NCBI GenBank assembly: GCA_964469555.1
Contig: CAYYAQ010000011.1
Coordinates: 1-58,514 of the forward strand
DNA: 58,514 nt
Direction: 5' to 3'
Source of the DNA: an uncultured candidatus Brocadiaceae bacterium
Lineage (GTDB): Bacteria > Planctomycetota > UBA1135 > UBA2386
Both the position numbers and the translations under genes were made by a program. This document shows, one piece after another, positions 38,515 to 48,423 of the stretch; positions within the stretch are counted from its first letter, which is position 1, and every line of letters starts with the position of its first letter. Below the pieces are notes generated by a model. That model saw nothing but the letters and a program-made list of their open reading frames with translations, was not told the DNA's origin and did no database searches.

Positions 38515-38708
38515 CCCCGTTCCCCCGCCGGTCCGCCAATGTGATCGCGTCCTTCACAGCGGACCCAGCCGACGGCATACCCCCTCGCCGGCGACTGTTC
38601 ACGACTCACGGTTCCAAAGCCAAGATCCCCGGTTCACGGTCCTCGCGACCGCGATGATCCCGCGGATCAAACAACCATGGCACCGCAGTTTGCAGTGCTC
38701 CAAGACAC

Positions 38709-41567
38709 ATGAAATCGAGACTCCCTGGCACCTTCGCCACCGTCGCTCTCCTTCTCCTGTCAAACCTCTCGGCCCAGTCCGCCAAGCTCGAAGCGGACGT
38801 CAACTTCATCCGAGGGTTGGTCAAGGAACTGCGTTTCATCGACCTCGCCCAGTACGAAGTCGAACAGCTCAAGAAGATCCACAAGGACAGCAGCGACTTC
38901 AAGCTGATCGCCCAACTGGCGATCGAAGTCTCCCTCGAGGGCGCCAAGCGCGACCCGGATCGCATCCGGCGCATCGTGCTCTACCGCGAGGCGATCGACA
39001 AGTCGATGGAGTTCATCGAGAGGTACGAGGGCGAGACCGTGGCACGCGACGCACAGGTCACGCTCTCCGATGCGTGCATCGAGTTCGGGTTCTTCCTGAA
39101 CGAGGAACTCGAAGTCGCCCGTGAAGAAGATCCAGACCGCGTCGCCGATCTCGAAGAGAAGGCCGCGGCGGTCTTCCGTCAGGGCGTCGCCGCTTCAAAC
39201 AAGTGCGAAGCGGCGTTCAAGGCCGCGGGCAAGAAGACCGAGGCGTTCGTCGCGTGGATGCGCCGCGGCATCCTGCTCCGCGAACACGCCCGCGCCGTGC
39301 CCAAGGACAGGGGATACCTCTGCGACCAGGCGGGTTCGACGTTGGAAGACCTGATCTTCGAAGTCGGTGAGGAGACGCTCCTCGGCCAGAAGGCTCTGTT
39401 CGAGATGTCGAAGATCGAAGAGGTCAAGGGCGACCTCGACGCGGCGATCCAGAGCTATCGCGACGCGATCGATGCGATCTACGCATCCCTGACCGACGAC
39501 AATCTCAACATCGGCGAGTCCGCTCAGCGCCTCATGTTCCAAATGATGCAGGAGATCTACGATCGACTGGCGACGGTGACCTTCAAGGGCGGTCGCACCT
39601 CCGAGATCGAGAAGCTCGTCCTGGAGTTCGACAAGCGGGTGAAGGAGTTCCGCACGGAAGCCAACCCGCTGTACTGGGACTCCCTGCTGCTCACGCAGGC
39701 ACAGGTCCAGGCCGGATCCCCGACGCAGTCCGCGGTCAGCGATGCGCTGAAGACCGCGAAAGAGATCAACAAGAACCACCCCGCTGACTTCGTCGGCCTC
39801 AAGGCCAAGAACCTGATCCGCGACATCCTCCGCCACTCGTCGGGCCTCGTGACCGGCGAGCTGCTGCTCGAGGTCGCGATCGGTGACTACCAGGCGAAGG
39901 AATACGAAGCGGCGATCGCCGGGTTCAAGCGCGCCATCAACGGCATGGATGCCGAGACCAAGAAGAAGCTCGGGTTCGACACCTGGATCTACGTCGCCCG
40001 CTGCAACGAACGGATGCAGCGCTTCCTCGAGGCGAGCATGGCCTACAGCCGCGCCCTCGCGGAGCACGGCCCCCAGATGAAGTCAGACGCCGAGGCGGCG
40101 AGCGACCAGGACATGAAGAGCGCGCTCAAGCGGGCGGCGAACAAGGCCACGTCCTGCATGAACAAGGTCATGACGGCGTCCAGCAAGGCCCCGATCTTCA
40201 ATGGGCTGGCGGGAACGATCAAACGGCAGCTCGCTGAATTCGACCCGACGCAGGCGGAGAAAGGCGACTACCGCGAGGGCCTCAAGGCCAAGTACGCCAA
40301 GAAATTCGCCGAGGCAACGAGGTTCTTCTTCAAGGTCTCCAAAGATCTGGCGAAGTACGAACTCGCCCGCGGCCACGGCATCGAGTGCCTGTTCCGCGAC
40401 GGCAAGTACAACGAGGCGCGCGCGAAGATCAAGGAGTTGCGCGCACACGTGAAGGCGACGGAGATCGCCGAGAACGACCGCGAGAGGCGCACGTTCCGCC
40501 CACAGGCGATGGCGTGGGTACACTACACCGAAGGCCGCATGCTCTACGAGGAAGCGAAGGGCGGCAAGGACGGCAAGCCGGACCTCACGAAGTTCCGCGA
40601 GGTCGAACGGCACTTCCTCGTGTTCGAGACCGTGCACAAGGCCAACGCCACGACCCAGATGGGGAAGGTCCACGAGATGCTCGGCCACGCGTACCTCGAG
40701 ATGGGCGACCAGGGCAAGGCATCCGCGCGCTACACCAAGCTCAAGGCGCTCGGCGAGACCTACCCCGACGCACACAAGGCTCTCGGCGTGTTGATGTTCG
40801 AGACCTACCGCAAGCAGGTGAAGGCGCTCGAGACCGAGGCCAAGGGAACCAAACCCGCGGACATGAAGGTCCTCGAATCGAAGCTGACCGCGGCACGAAA
40901 CCGCGCGATGGACGTCGGCCTGGACTACGCCAAGACCGTCGGCAAGCCGGCCTACGGAATCCTGTACAACACGATGCGCATCGCGCAGGGCCTGCGCGCC
41001 TGGCCCAAGTGCGAGTGGGCCGCGGAGAAGATCCTCAAGCTCTACGGCAAGGCCGGGTACGAGAGCCTCCGCCAGATCGAGCCGTTGCTCGGCTACGCGA
41101 AACTGCAGCAGCCCGGTCGCATGCAGGAAGCTCTCGATGTCCTGAACGAGGCCGAGAAGAAACTCGGCGCGGGCACGAAGAGGACGAGCGCGTACTACAT
41201 GGTGCTCAAGTACAAGGCTCTCGCGCTGGGCGGTTGGCCGATGTTCGACTCGAGCGGCATCAACTACCAGCCCAACCGGGGCATGGGCAAGCCCGACGAG
41301 GCCTACAACATCTACTGGCACAACAAGGAATTCCGTAAGTTCATGAAGCACTCGCAGCGGAATCCGAAGTACTCGATCGGCTGGTACAAGTACCACCTCG
41401 AACTCTACTTCTTCTGCCGTCAAGCTCAGCGCATCGACAGCATCTTCAAGGCCCGCGCGGAGACGTTCTTCAACATCGCCAAAGCCACCGACAACTTCGC
41501 GACGCTAAAGAACCTCGGCCCGGAAGGCACCAAGGTCGCGAACCTGTTCAACTTCATCCAGAAGTGA
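38709..41567 (+). CDS. Large periplasmic TPR/alpha-solenoid protein
   Basis: Signal peptide (…SNLSA-Q); all-helical TPR-like pattern; highly biased codon usage. Confidence 0.82.
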   Translation: MKSRLPGTFATVALLLLSNLSAQSAKLEADVNFIRGLVKELRFIDLAQYEVEQLKKIHKDSSDFKLIAQLAIEVSLEGAKRDPDRIRRIVLYREAIDKSMEFIERYEGETVARDAQVTLSDACIEFGFFLNEELEVAREEDPDRVADLEEKAAAVFRQGVAASNKCEAAFKAAGKKTEAFVAWMRRGILLREHARAVPKDRGYLCDQAGSTLEDLIFEVGEETLLGQKALFEMSKIEEVKGDLDAAIQSYRDAIDAIYASLTDDNLNIGESAQRLMFQMMQEIYDRLATVTFKGGRTSEIEKLVLEFDKRVKEFRTEANPLYWDSLLLTQAQVQAGSPTQSAVSDALKTAKEINKNHPADFVGLKAKNLIRDILRHSSGLVTGELLLEVAIGDYQAKEYEAAIAGFKRAINGMDAETKKKLGFDTWIYVARCNERMQRFLEASMAYSRALAEHGPQMKSDAEAASDQDMKSALKRAANKATSCMNKVMTASSKAPIFNGLAGTIKRQLAEFDPTQAEKGDYREGLKAKYAKKFAEATRFFFKVSKDLAKYELARGHGIECLFRDGKYNEARAKIKELRAHVKATEIAENDRERRTFRPQAMAWVHYTEGRMLYEEAKGGKDGKPDLTKFREVERHFLVFETVHKANATTQMGKVHEMLGHAYLEMGDQGKASARYTKLKALGETYPDAHKALGVLMFETYRKQVKALETEAKGTKPADMKVLESKLTAARNRAMDVGLDYAKTVGKPAYGILYNTMRIAQGLRAWPKCEWAAEKILKLYGKAGYESLRQIEPLLGYAKLQQPGRMQEALDVLNEAEKKLGAGTKRTSAYYMVLKYKALALGGWPMFDSSGINYQPNRGMGKPDEAYNIYWHNKEFRKFMKHSQRNPKYSIGWYKYHLELYFFCRQAQRIDSIFKARAETFFNIAKATDNFATLKNLGPEGTKVANLFNFIQK

Positions 41568-42715
41568 TCGAAACCATGCTCTCCACAACACTCCTCCACT
41601 CGGCACGTCTCATCCTCTGGTCGACTGCAGTTCTGGCGTTGCCGCTCGGTCTCGCCGCCCAAGACCGCGACACGATTCTGAAGAAGGACGGCAAGCACAA
41701 GACCAAGGTGCTGATCGTCAAGCTCGACCGCGACATGATCTCGTACAAGAGCCGCGGCAAGGACTTCACGATCAAGTCGGATCTGGTCTCGGGCTACCGG
41801 TTCGGATCGGCGCCAGACGCCTACACACGAGGCCTCTCCGCATCGAGCCGCGAAAACCACGTCGCGGCGGCGAAGCTCTTCGACGAGGCTTCGAAAGCCA
41901 CGAAGGTCGACGTCGTCAAGCAAGCCGCGATTTTCTTCGCCGGTCGATCGTTCGCGCTCGCGTCACTCAAGGACGCGACTCACTCGAACAACGCAGTCGC
42001 CAACCTGCAGGCCTACCTCACCGCCACGCCGAACGGCTACTACATGCCGGAAGCCAAGGTGCGCCTCGCCCAAACCAGCCTCGCTGGTGGCGACGCCACC
42101 GGAGCGGAGACGATGCTGAAAGCGATCGAGACCGAGGCCGTGAGCGGCAACTGGGAACTGTTCTGGCCCGTGTTGATCAAGTACACGCTGGCGCGGGCAC
42201 AGTACGAGCAGAAGAAGTTCAGCGACGCCCGCTTCAGCTTCCAGGCCGTCGACGGCGTCGTCGCGACCGCACTCGGCCAGGGGACGAAGTACAACTCCCA
42301 GCTGGCGACCCTGAAGACCGAAGCGCTCGTCCGTCAGGGCGAGACCTACATCGGCGAGAAGATGTACGACGACGCTCTCGGCTACTACCAGACACTCGCG
42401 GGCAACAACACCCGCGGCGTCCGCGCGGCGGCCTTGGCCGGCCAGGGCCAGATCCTGTACATCCAGGGCGTCGACAAGAACGACGAGACGAAGCTCCGCC
42501 AGGCCCAGAACGAACTGGCGAAGGCCAGCATCGAGCCCGACACCAGCGATCCCACCAGCGCCAAGGCCCTGTTCTACATGGGCAAGGTCCTCTCCGCCCT
42601 GGGCGACAAGGAGAAGGGCTCGCTGGGCCGCGCCAAGACCTACTACACCGCCGTCAGGAAGAACTACGGAGCAACCGAGTGGGCGGCCCGTGCCCGCAAG
42701 GAACTCGAGGGCTGA
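41564..42715 (+). CDS. Periplasmic TPR protein, CpoB/YbgF-like C-terminus
   Basis: Signal peptide; TPRs ending AKALFYMG...YTAVRKNYGATEWAARAR. GTG overlaps the upstream TGA. Confidence 0.8.
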   Translation: MIETMLSTTLLHSARLILWSTAVLALPLGLAAQDRDTILKKDGKHKTKVLIVKLDRDMISYKSRGKDFTIKSDLVSGYRFGSAPDAYTRGLSASSRENHVAAAKLFDEASKATKVDVVKQAAIFFAGRSFALASLKDATHSNNAVANLQAYLTATPNGYYMPEAKVRLAQTSLAGGDATGAETMLKAIETEAVSGNWELFWPVLIKYTLARAQYEQKKFSDARFSFQAVDGVVATALGQGTKYNSQLATLKTEALVRQGETYIGEKMYDDALGYYQTLAGNNTRGVRAAALAGQGQILYIQGVDKNDETKLRQAQNELAKASIEPDTSDPTSAKALFYMGKVLSALGDKEKGSLGRAKTYYTAVRKNYGATEWAARARKELEG

Positions 42716-42897
42716 TCCATGCACCCTGTTCCCGGCCACCGAAATTCTTGCAGATTGCGCGCGACAGGGGCTTTTCCACGAGCCTCGACTGAAGCACACT
42801 TTGCGCCCCGATTGTCCCCCTCTTACCCCGTCTGCGAGATCGCGATCCGCAGTACGATGACCCCGCGGACCGGCTCGATCCGGCTCCTCCGTTTGCC

Positions 42898-43614
42898 ATG
42901 ACTATTCCCAGCAAGCTCTACGCGATTATCCCTGCCCTTCTCCTGTTGTCCACCGAACTGGCGGCGCAGACACCCGCGCCAGCGAAGAAGAGCGGCAACC
43001 CCGTTGCTGACGCGTTCGCGCACGCCGGCATCATCGGTTGGTGCATCGTCGGTGTCTCCGTGCTGTCGCTCGCGCTGATCATCGAGAACTTCATGACCCT
43101 GAAGCGAGACAAGATCGCGCCGCCGGACCTCATCGATGAGCTCGAGGCGCTGTTCGACGAGGAGAACTTCCAGGAAGCACTCGAACTCTGCGAGAACGAG
43201 CGCAACTACCTGACCAACGTGGTCGCCGCCGGCCTCGGTCGCCTTGGCCACTCCTTCGACACGATCCAGATCTCGGTTCGTGAGATGGAGGACGAAGAGT
43301 CGGTCAAGCTGTTCCAGAAGGTCGGCTACCTCTCACTGATCGCCGCGACGGCGCCCATGATGGGTCTGCTCGGCACGGTGACCGGCATGTTCGTGACGTT
43401 CGGCGACATCGCCGACGCCGGCGGCTCGGTGAGCCCTGCTCAGCTCGCAGGTGGTATCAAGCTCGCGCTCGTGACGACCATCTTCGGTCTGATCGTGGCC
43501 ATCCCGGTCGGCGCGTTCTTCTTCATGTTCCGGAATCGCGTGCTCCGCACGACGATCGAAGTCAACGCCATCGCCGAAGACCTCTTCGAGCGGTTCCGTG
43601 CTTCCAACAAGTAA
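42898..43614 (+). CDS. exbB: MotA/TolQ/ExbB proton channel protein
   Basis: LSLIAATAPMMGLLGTVTGM, LAGGIKLALVTTIFGLIVAIP. Confidence 0.93.
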   Translation: MTIPSKLYAIIPALLLLSTELAAQTPAPAKKSGNPVADAFAHAGIIGWCIVGVSVLSLALIIENFMTLKRDKIAPPDLIDELEALFDEENFQEALELCENERNYLTNVVAAGLGRLGHSFDTIQISVREMEDEESVKLFQKVGYLSLIAATAPMMGLLGTVTGMFVTFGDIADAGGSVSPAQLAGGIKLALVTTIFGLIVAIPVGAFFFMFRNRVLRTTIEVNAIAEDLFERFRASNK

Positions 43615-43678
43615 CCAATCTGAACCTTAGGGCGCCGCATGCGTTGCGGCCCCCCAACACCATAGAGAGGTAAACGAC

Positions 43679-44215
43679 ATGGCGAACATGCGAGTAGTCC
43701 AGGAAGACGCGAAGATGGACATGACGCCCATGATCGACTGCGTGTTCCTGCTGCTGATCTTCTTCGTGCTGGTCATCGACTTGAGCCAGCAGGACATGGA
43801 AGACCTGATCCTTCCGAAGGCCGTCTACATGGAGCCGGATGACGCACCGCCGGAGGTCCGCCCCATCGCGAACATCCTGCAGAATGGTGACCTGTACTAC
43901 AAGAAGACCAGGTACTACCACGCGACCAAGGACGGCGAGAACTACAAGGGCATCGAGAAGTTGCTGCGAGAGTGGCGCAAGGAACTCAAGCTCTCGATGA
44001 AGCCCTTGTTCGAAGGCAAGAAGACGGGGCCCAAGAACCCCCTGATCCCCGACGATCCCGTTCTCATTCGCGCGGACAAGTGGACCGAGTGGCACTACAT
44101 CGGCAAGTTCATGACTGCGTGCAGTCAACCCTACGCGGCGTTCTGGAAACTCGAACTCGCGATGAGTGAAGAGGACAAGGAAGGCAAAATGTTCAAAGCA
44201 GCGGGGCTCAAATAA
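43679..44215 (+). CDS. exbD: ExbD/TolR family protein 1
   Basis: MDMTPMIDCVFLLLIFF, VLIRADK; GAGG RBS. Confidence 0.9.
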   Translation: MANMRVVQEDAKMDMTPMIDCVFLLLIFFVLVIDLSQQDMEDLILPKAVYMEPDDAPPEVRPIANILQNGDLYYKKTRYYHATKDGENYKGIEKLLREWRKELKLSMKPLFEGKKTGPKNPLIPDDPVLIRADKWTEWHYIGKFMTACSQPYAAFWKLELAMSEEDKEGKMFKAAGLK

Positions 44216-44217
44216 CC

Positions 44218-44802
44218 ATGGCCGGTCTAAGACAAACACGCCGCGAGAAGATGCGGGAGGAAGTCCAGAAGGAAGCCGAGATGGACATGACGCCGATGAT
44301 CGACGTCGTGTTCCTCCTCATCATCTTCTTCCTCTGCATCGACTTCAAAATCCTCGAAGCCAAGCTGCCGGCGTACCTGCCGAAGGACAAGGGTAGCCAG
44401 GACTTCGAAGTCGAGCCGCAGGAACAACTGCGAATCAAGATCGTGTGCGAGGACCGCGGCAAGGAGCAGCTCCGACCGAAACGCAAGTCGTACCGTCTCG
44501 TCGGCCACAAGGTGCACTACACCGTCGGTCCGAAGAAGGTCGAGACCCTCGCCGAGCTCAAGGATGAACTCACGATCATCCGTGACGACGACAACCGCCG
44601 CGTCCCCGACCCGAAGAATCCGGACAAGACCAAGTTGGTCGGCGTCGTGATCGAGCCAGGCGTGAACGTCGTCTACGGCGACGTGGCGCCCTGCGTCGAC
44701 GTCATCGCGGCCTTGGACTTCACCGACATCAACTTCGGTGGCGGTCTGGGTAGCTCAAAGAGTGGCGCCTACGCAAAGCAGGCACGTAAGGGCAAGAAGT
44801 AG
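44218..44802 (+). CDS. exbD: ExbD/TolR family protein 2
   Basis: MDMTPMIDVVFLLIIFF, LPAYLPKD, V.YGDV. Confidence 0.9.
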   Translation: MAGLRQTRREKMREEVQKEAEMDMTPMIDVVFLLIIFFLCIDFKILEAKLPAYLPKDKGSQDFEVEPQEQLRIKIVCEDRGKEQLRPKRKSYRLVGHKVHYTVGPKKVETLAELKDELTIIRDDDNRRVPDPKNPDKTKLVGVVIEPGVNVVYGDVAPCVDVIAALDFTDINFGGGLGSSKSGAYAKQARKGKK

Positions 44803-44821
44803 TAGCTCTCGGAGCGTCGAC

Positions 44822-44861
44822 GAACAGCCCCACCGCGGCATGAACCGCGGTGGGGCTGTTC
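44822..44861 (+). terminator. Perfect 17-bp hairpin between exbD2 and exbD3
   Basis: GAACAGCCCCACCGCGG-CATGAA-CCGCGGTGGGGCTGTTC, then TCGTT. Confidence 0.75.
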
Positions 44862-44875
44862 TCGTTCAGGGGCAC

Positions 44876-45415
44876 ATGACAAACCTGCGCCCATCCCGTC
44901 GGGAGACGCAGCGAGACGAGAGTTCGAAAGACGCGTCGGTGGACATGACACCGATGATCGACGTCGTCTTCCTGCTGATCATCTTCTTCTTGTGCATCGA
45001 CTTCAAATTGCTCGAGGCGAAGCTTCCCGCCTACTTGCCGAAGGACCGGGGCAGCAACGGCGGCGAGCCGGTCGAGTCCATGAAAGTGCGCATCGTCTGC
45101 GACGCGTTCGGCGCGAAGGTCTTGCGTCCGTCCGCGACTTCGTTTCGCCTCGAGGGGCACCGCGTCCATTACGAAGTCGGCCCGAGGCGGAACCTCGCGA
45201 CGATCGGGGAGCTGACCGCAGAGTTGAAAGCCATCAGCCAAGATCCCAACACGATGGTGCCCGACCCCGCCAAACCCGGCCAGATGAAGCCGATAGACGT
45301 GGTGGTCCTCCCCGGCCCAGGAGTCGTGTACGCCGACGTGGCGCGCTGTGTGGATTCCGTGACCGAGAGCGGATTCACGGACATCAACTTCGGTGTGGGC
45401 GAGAAACGGCGATAG
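44876..45415 (+). CDS. exbD: ExbD/TolR family protein 3 (paralogue of exbD2)
   Basis: VDMTPMIDVVFLLIIFFLCIDFKLLEAKLPAYLPKD. ATG 44876 after AGGGG. Confidence 0.88.
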   Translation: MTNLRPSRRETQRDESSKDASVDMTPMIDVVFLLIIFFLCIDFKLLEAKLPAYLPKDRGSNGGEPVESMKVRIVCDAFGAKVLRPSATSFRLEGHRVHYEVGPRRNLATIGELTAELKAISQDPNTMVPDPAKPGQMKPIDVVVLPGPGVVYADVARCVDSVTESGFTDINFGVGEKRR

Positions 45416-45762
45416 AGGGCCTCTCAGGGGGGCCAGGGTCGCGTCATCGCCGCTCTCGACGCCTCGACGAAGACGCCTGCCCGTGGCTGAGCCTGGGCTG
45501 TCCCGGACCTGCCGGACCCGACGCGGACTCGCGCCCGGGCGGGGACGTGCGAGGGGCGGGCGGACGGCACCTAAAACCCGAAAAGACCGGGAAATGGGGC
45601 TGGCAAGGGCATCTTGGCACCGCTAATTTTCGTCCACTTCGACCCCTCTTCGCGGCGTTGCCACGCCGTACCTCTCGCACAACCCTCCCCAAAGCTCGGA
45701 AGGCCGACCGCGAGGTCGCCCCCCCGCTTCCGATCCCTCCCTTCGAACGAGACCCGCGCAAG

Positions 45763-48321
45763 ATGATCCAGCAACGTACCCTGCTCCGCGCAGCCCCGAT
45801 CGCTCTCCTCTTCGCCATTTCATCCTGCTCCACCACGGACACGACCTCAGTCCAAGGCGTCGACGCCGGCACCGGCACCGTGACCAACGCGCCCCAGGAC
45901 AAGCCACAGGACATCCGCGCACAGCGCCGGACATTCCTCGTCGGCAAGTTGCTGCGAGACGCGGAACAGGAGCGCAAGAACGGCAACCTCGAACTCGCGC
46001 AGGTCCTGCTGCTGGAAGCCTACAAGGAAGATCCGGGCAACCGCGAGGTCCAACGCCGGCTCGTCAACTTGCGCGCCGAGATGGGATTGGCCCCCGGCAC
46101 CGCCGGGGTGTTCGGCCCGGCGATGGAAAGGCTGGTCGCCATGCGGCACCAGCAAGCGCTCGCCATCGTCACGCAGATGATCCAGAAGGGTCGCCAGCTG
46201 ACCGACGAGTTGAACTTCGACATGGCGATCCAGCAGTACCGCTCCGCCTTGCTCCGGATCGACGCGCTGTCCGCAATGGATTGGGGAGACACCGAGTCCC
46301 AGGTTCGCAACCTGTTGGAAGACGCGTACAGCCGGCGCACCGCGCACGAAGTCGAGATGGCGAACGCGCAGGACAACGAGGCTCGCCTGCGCCTGCGCGA
46401 AGCCGAGGCTCGTGAGCACGCCCGCATGGTCGCGAGCGTCAACCGCAAGCTCGAGCTCTCCCAGAAGGCCTTCATCCGGAAGTTCTTCAAGGAATCACAG
46501 CGGCTCGCCTCGATGGCGCTGGAAGAGGACGCGAACAACATCCTCGCGAAGGACCTCTACAACGCCGCCACGAAGGCGATGCGCTCCGCCTACCAGGACC
46601 GCTACTACCAGGAGAAGTCCCTCGAGTACCTGAAGCTGGCCGAGGCGCGCGAGCACCTGCTCAGCCCACAGACCGAGTTGATGCGCGTCGACCCCGCGCA
46701 GTGGCGCCTCGCGCTAGAACGCGGCGGTCGCAAGCTGCCAGGCACCGGCGCCCTGCCGGAAGACGCGGCGCTCGCCAAGCGGATCCGCGAGGCGACGGTC
46801 GGCCCGATCTCCTTCACGCCAGACGGCAACGGCCCCTACCTCGACGCCTACAAGCTGCTCGACAACATGACCAAGGTGCCGATCATCGTCAGCCCCGACG
46901 GCAACACGATCATCACCGACGAAGATCTCAATCTCGAGATGAACCTGGTCTCGCCGACGAGCCTGAAGAACCTGCTCGACCACATGGCCGGCAGAAGCGA
47001 GAACCTCGCCTGGACGATCCGCAACGGCGTGGTCGTCATCACGACGAAGGCGAAGGCTGGCGGCAACAACGTCCTGGTCACCCACGACATCCGTAACCTG
47101 ATCTTCCCGATCACCGAGTTCCTCCCGCCGAGCATCAAGGACATCCCCACCGCTGAGGCCGAGCCGTCAAGCCCGCGCACCGGCGGCGAGTCCGACGAGA
47201 GGGTCGCATACATCGAGCTCGATGCGCTGGTCAACAACCTCAAGTCCTCGACCGACCCGACCTACTGGGACGGTGAGAGCGGCGCAGTCATCGACCCCGT
47301 CGAAGGCGGCTACCTGCTCGTCAAGGCGAACCCGGAGATGCAACACGCCGTCGCCGCGTTCCTCGACGACATGGACCGGTTCTCCACGGCGGTTGTCACG
47401 ATCGAGACCAAGTTCCTGACGCTCAACGAGAACTTCCTGCAGGAAGTCGGCATCGACTTCCGCGGCACGGGCGGCGCCGGCAACAAGGGCACCGTCGCGA
47501 AGCTCGACGACATCACGAATGGTGCCGACGACAACGCGTCTCGCGGCCTCGACAACTCGGGAACGGCCGACCCGGCCGCCAGCCCGAACTCTGGCTTCTT
47601 CTACGACGACGGTGGCGACGGCGACTTCCGCGGTCGTTCCGAGAACTTCTTCCAGGACAACCTCGGCAAGATCCTCACCCCAACCGGTGGCCTGACGGCG
47701 GCGTTCACCTTCCTGAACGACCTCCAGATGAACATGATCTTCCGCGCCGTCGAGAAGAACGAGCACGCCCAGATGGTCAACGCGCAGACTGTGACCGTGC
47801 TGAACAACAACCGCGCGAACGTCTCGGTGATCAACCAGACGTCCTACGTGCGTGACTTCGACGTGGAAGTGGCGCAGGCATCCTTCATCGCCGACCCGAA
47901 GATCGACGTGATCCACGACGGCGTCGTCCTCGACGTCCGCCCGATCATCCGCCACGACCGCCGGAGCGTGACCCTCGTACTCCAGCCCACAGTCGCTGAG
48001 CTGCAGCGTCCCATCCCGCAGTTCACGACCTCCCTCGCTGGCTCCACCCTGCCGGTCACCCTACAGCTGCCCGTCCTGACGGTGCGCTCGTTCGCGACCA
48101 CCGCACAGGTGCCGGACGGCGGCACGGTCCTGATCGGAGGCTTGCGCACGATCCTGAGCCGCGAACGCCGCGCCGAGATCCCGATCCTCGCGAAGATCCC
48201 GATCATCTCGTTCTTCTTCAAGCAGGAAGGCGTGATCGACGAGAGCTCCTCGCTGATGGTGATGGTGAAGGCACAGATCACGGACGTGGTCGACAAGATG
48301 AACGCCTTCGAGGGCAAGTAA
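45763..48321 (+). CDS. Second lipoprotein secretin, paralogue of 35775-38375
   Basis: Lipobox ISS-C; TPR region; TIETKF, GVVLDVRP, TTAQVPDGGTVLIGG, EIPILAKIPIISFFF. Start ATG 45763. Confidence 0.88.
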   Translation: MIQQRTLLRAAPIALLFAISSCSTTDTTSVQGVDAGTGTVTNAPQDKPQDIRAQRRTFLVGKLLRDAEQERKNGNLELAQVLLLEAYKEDPGNREVQRRLVNLRAEMGLAPGTAGVFGPAMERLVAMRHQQALAIVTQMIQKGRQLTDELNFDMAIQQYRSALLRIDALSAMDWGDTESQVRNLLEDAYSRRTAHEVEMANAQDNEARLRLREAEAREHARMVASVNRKLELSQKAFIRKFFKESQRLASMALEEDANNILAKDLYNAATKAMRSAYQDRYYQEKSLEYLKLAEAREHLLSPQTELMRVDPAQWRLALERGGRKLPGTGALPEDAALAKRIREATVGPISFTPDGNGPYLDAYKLLDNMTKVPIIVSPDGNTIITDEDLNLEMNLVSPTSLKNLLDHMAGRSENLAWTIRNGVVVITTKAKAGGNNVLVTHDIRNLIFPITEFLPPSIKDIPTAEAEPSSPRTGGESDERVAYIELDALVNNLKSSTDPTYWDGESGAVIDPVEGGYLLVKANPEMQHAVAAFLDDMDRFSTAVVTIETKFLTLNENFLQEVGIDFRGTGGAGNKGTVAKLDDITNGADDNASRGLDNSGTADPAASPNSGFFYDDGGDGDFRGRSENFFQDNLGKILTPTGGLTAAFTFLNDLQMNMIFRAVEKNEHAQMVNAQTVTVLNNNRANVSVINQTSYVRDFDVEVAQASFIADPKIDVIHDGVVLDVRPIIRHDRRSVTLVLQPTVAELQRPIPQFTTSLAGSTLPVTLQLPVLTVRSFATTAQVPDGGTVLIGGLRTILSRERRAEIPILAKIPIISFFFKQEGVIDESSSLMVMVKAQITDVVDKMNAFEGK

Positions 48322-48356
48322 CCCCCCCCCACTCCTCCCCCGCAGCCGCGGGCACG

Positions 48357-48391
48357 ACAACCCCGTGGCACGCCGCGGGGTTGTTTCGTTT
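48357..48391 (+). terminator. Rho-independent terminator after secretin 2
   Basis: ACAACCCCGTGG-CACG-CCGCGGGGTTGT followed by TTCGTTT. Confidence 0.75.
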
Positions 48392-48423
48392 AACCCCGCT
48401 TTTTCAAACGGACCTCCGCTGCG

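Noticed and set aside
38677..38694. Sigma54-like TGGCAC...TTGCA upstream of the TPR gene
   Set aside because: The GG-to-GC spacing is 11 nt, not the required 10.
44992..45762. N-terminal extension of secretin B in the ORF track
   Set aside because: It overlaps exbD3 in another frame and is low-complexity. The lipoprotein signal begins at ATG 45763.
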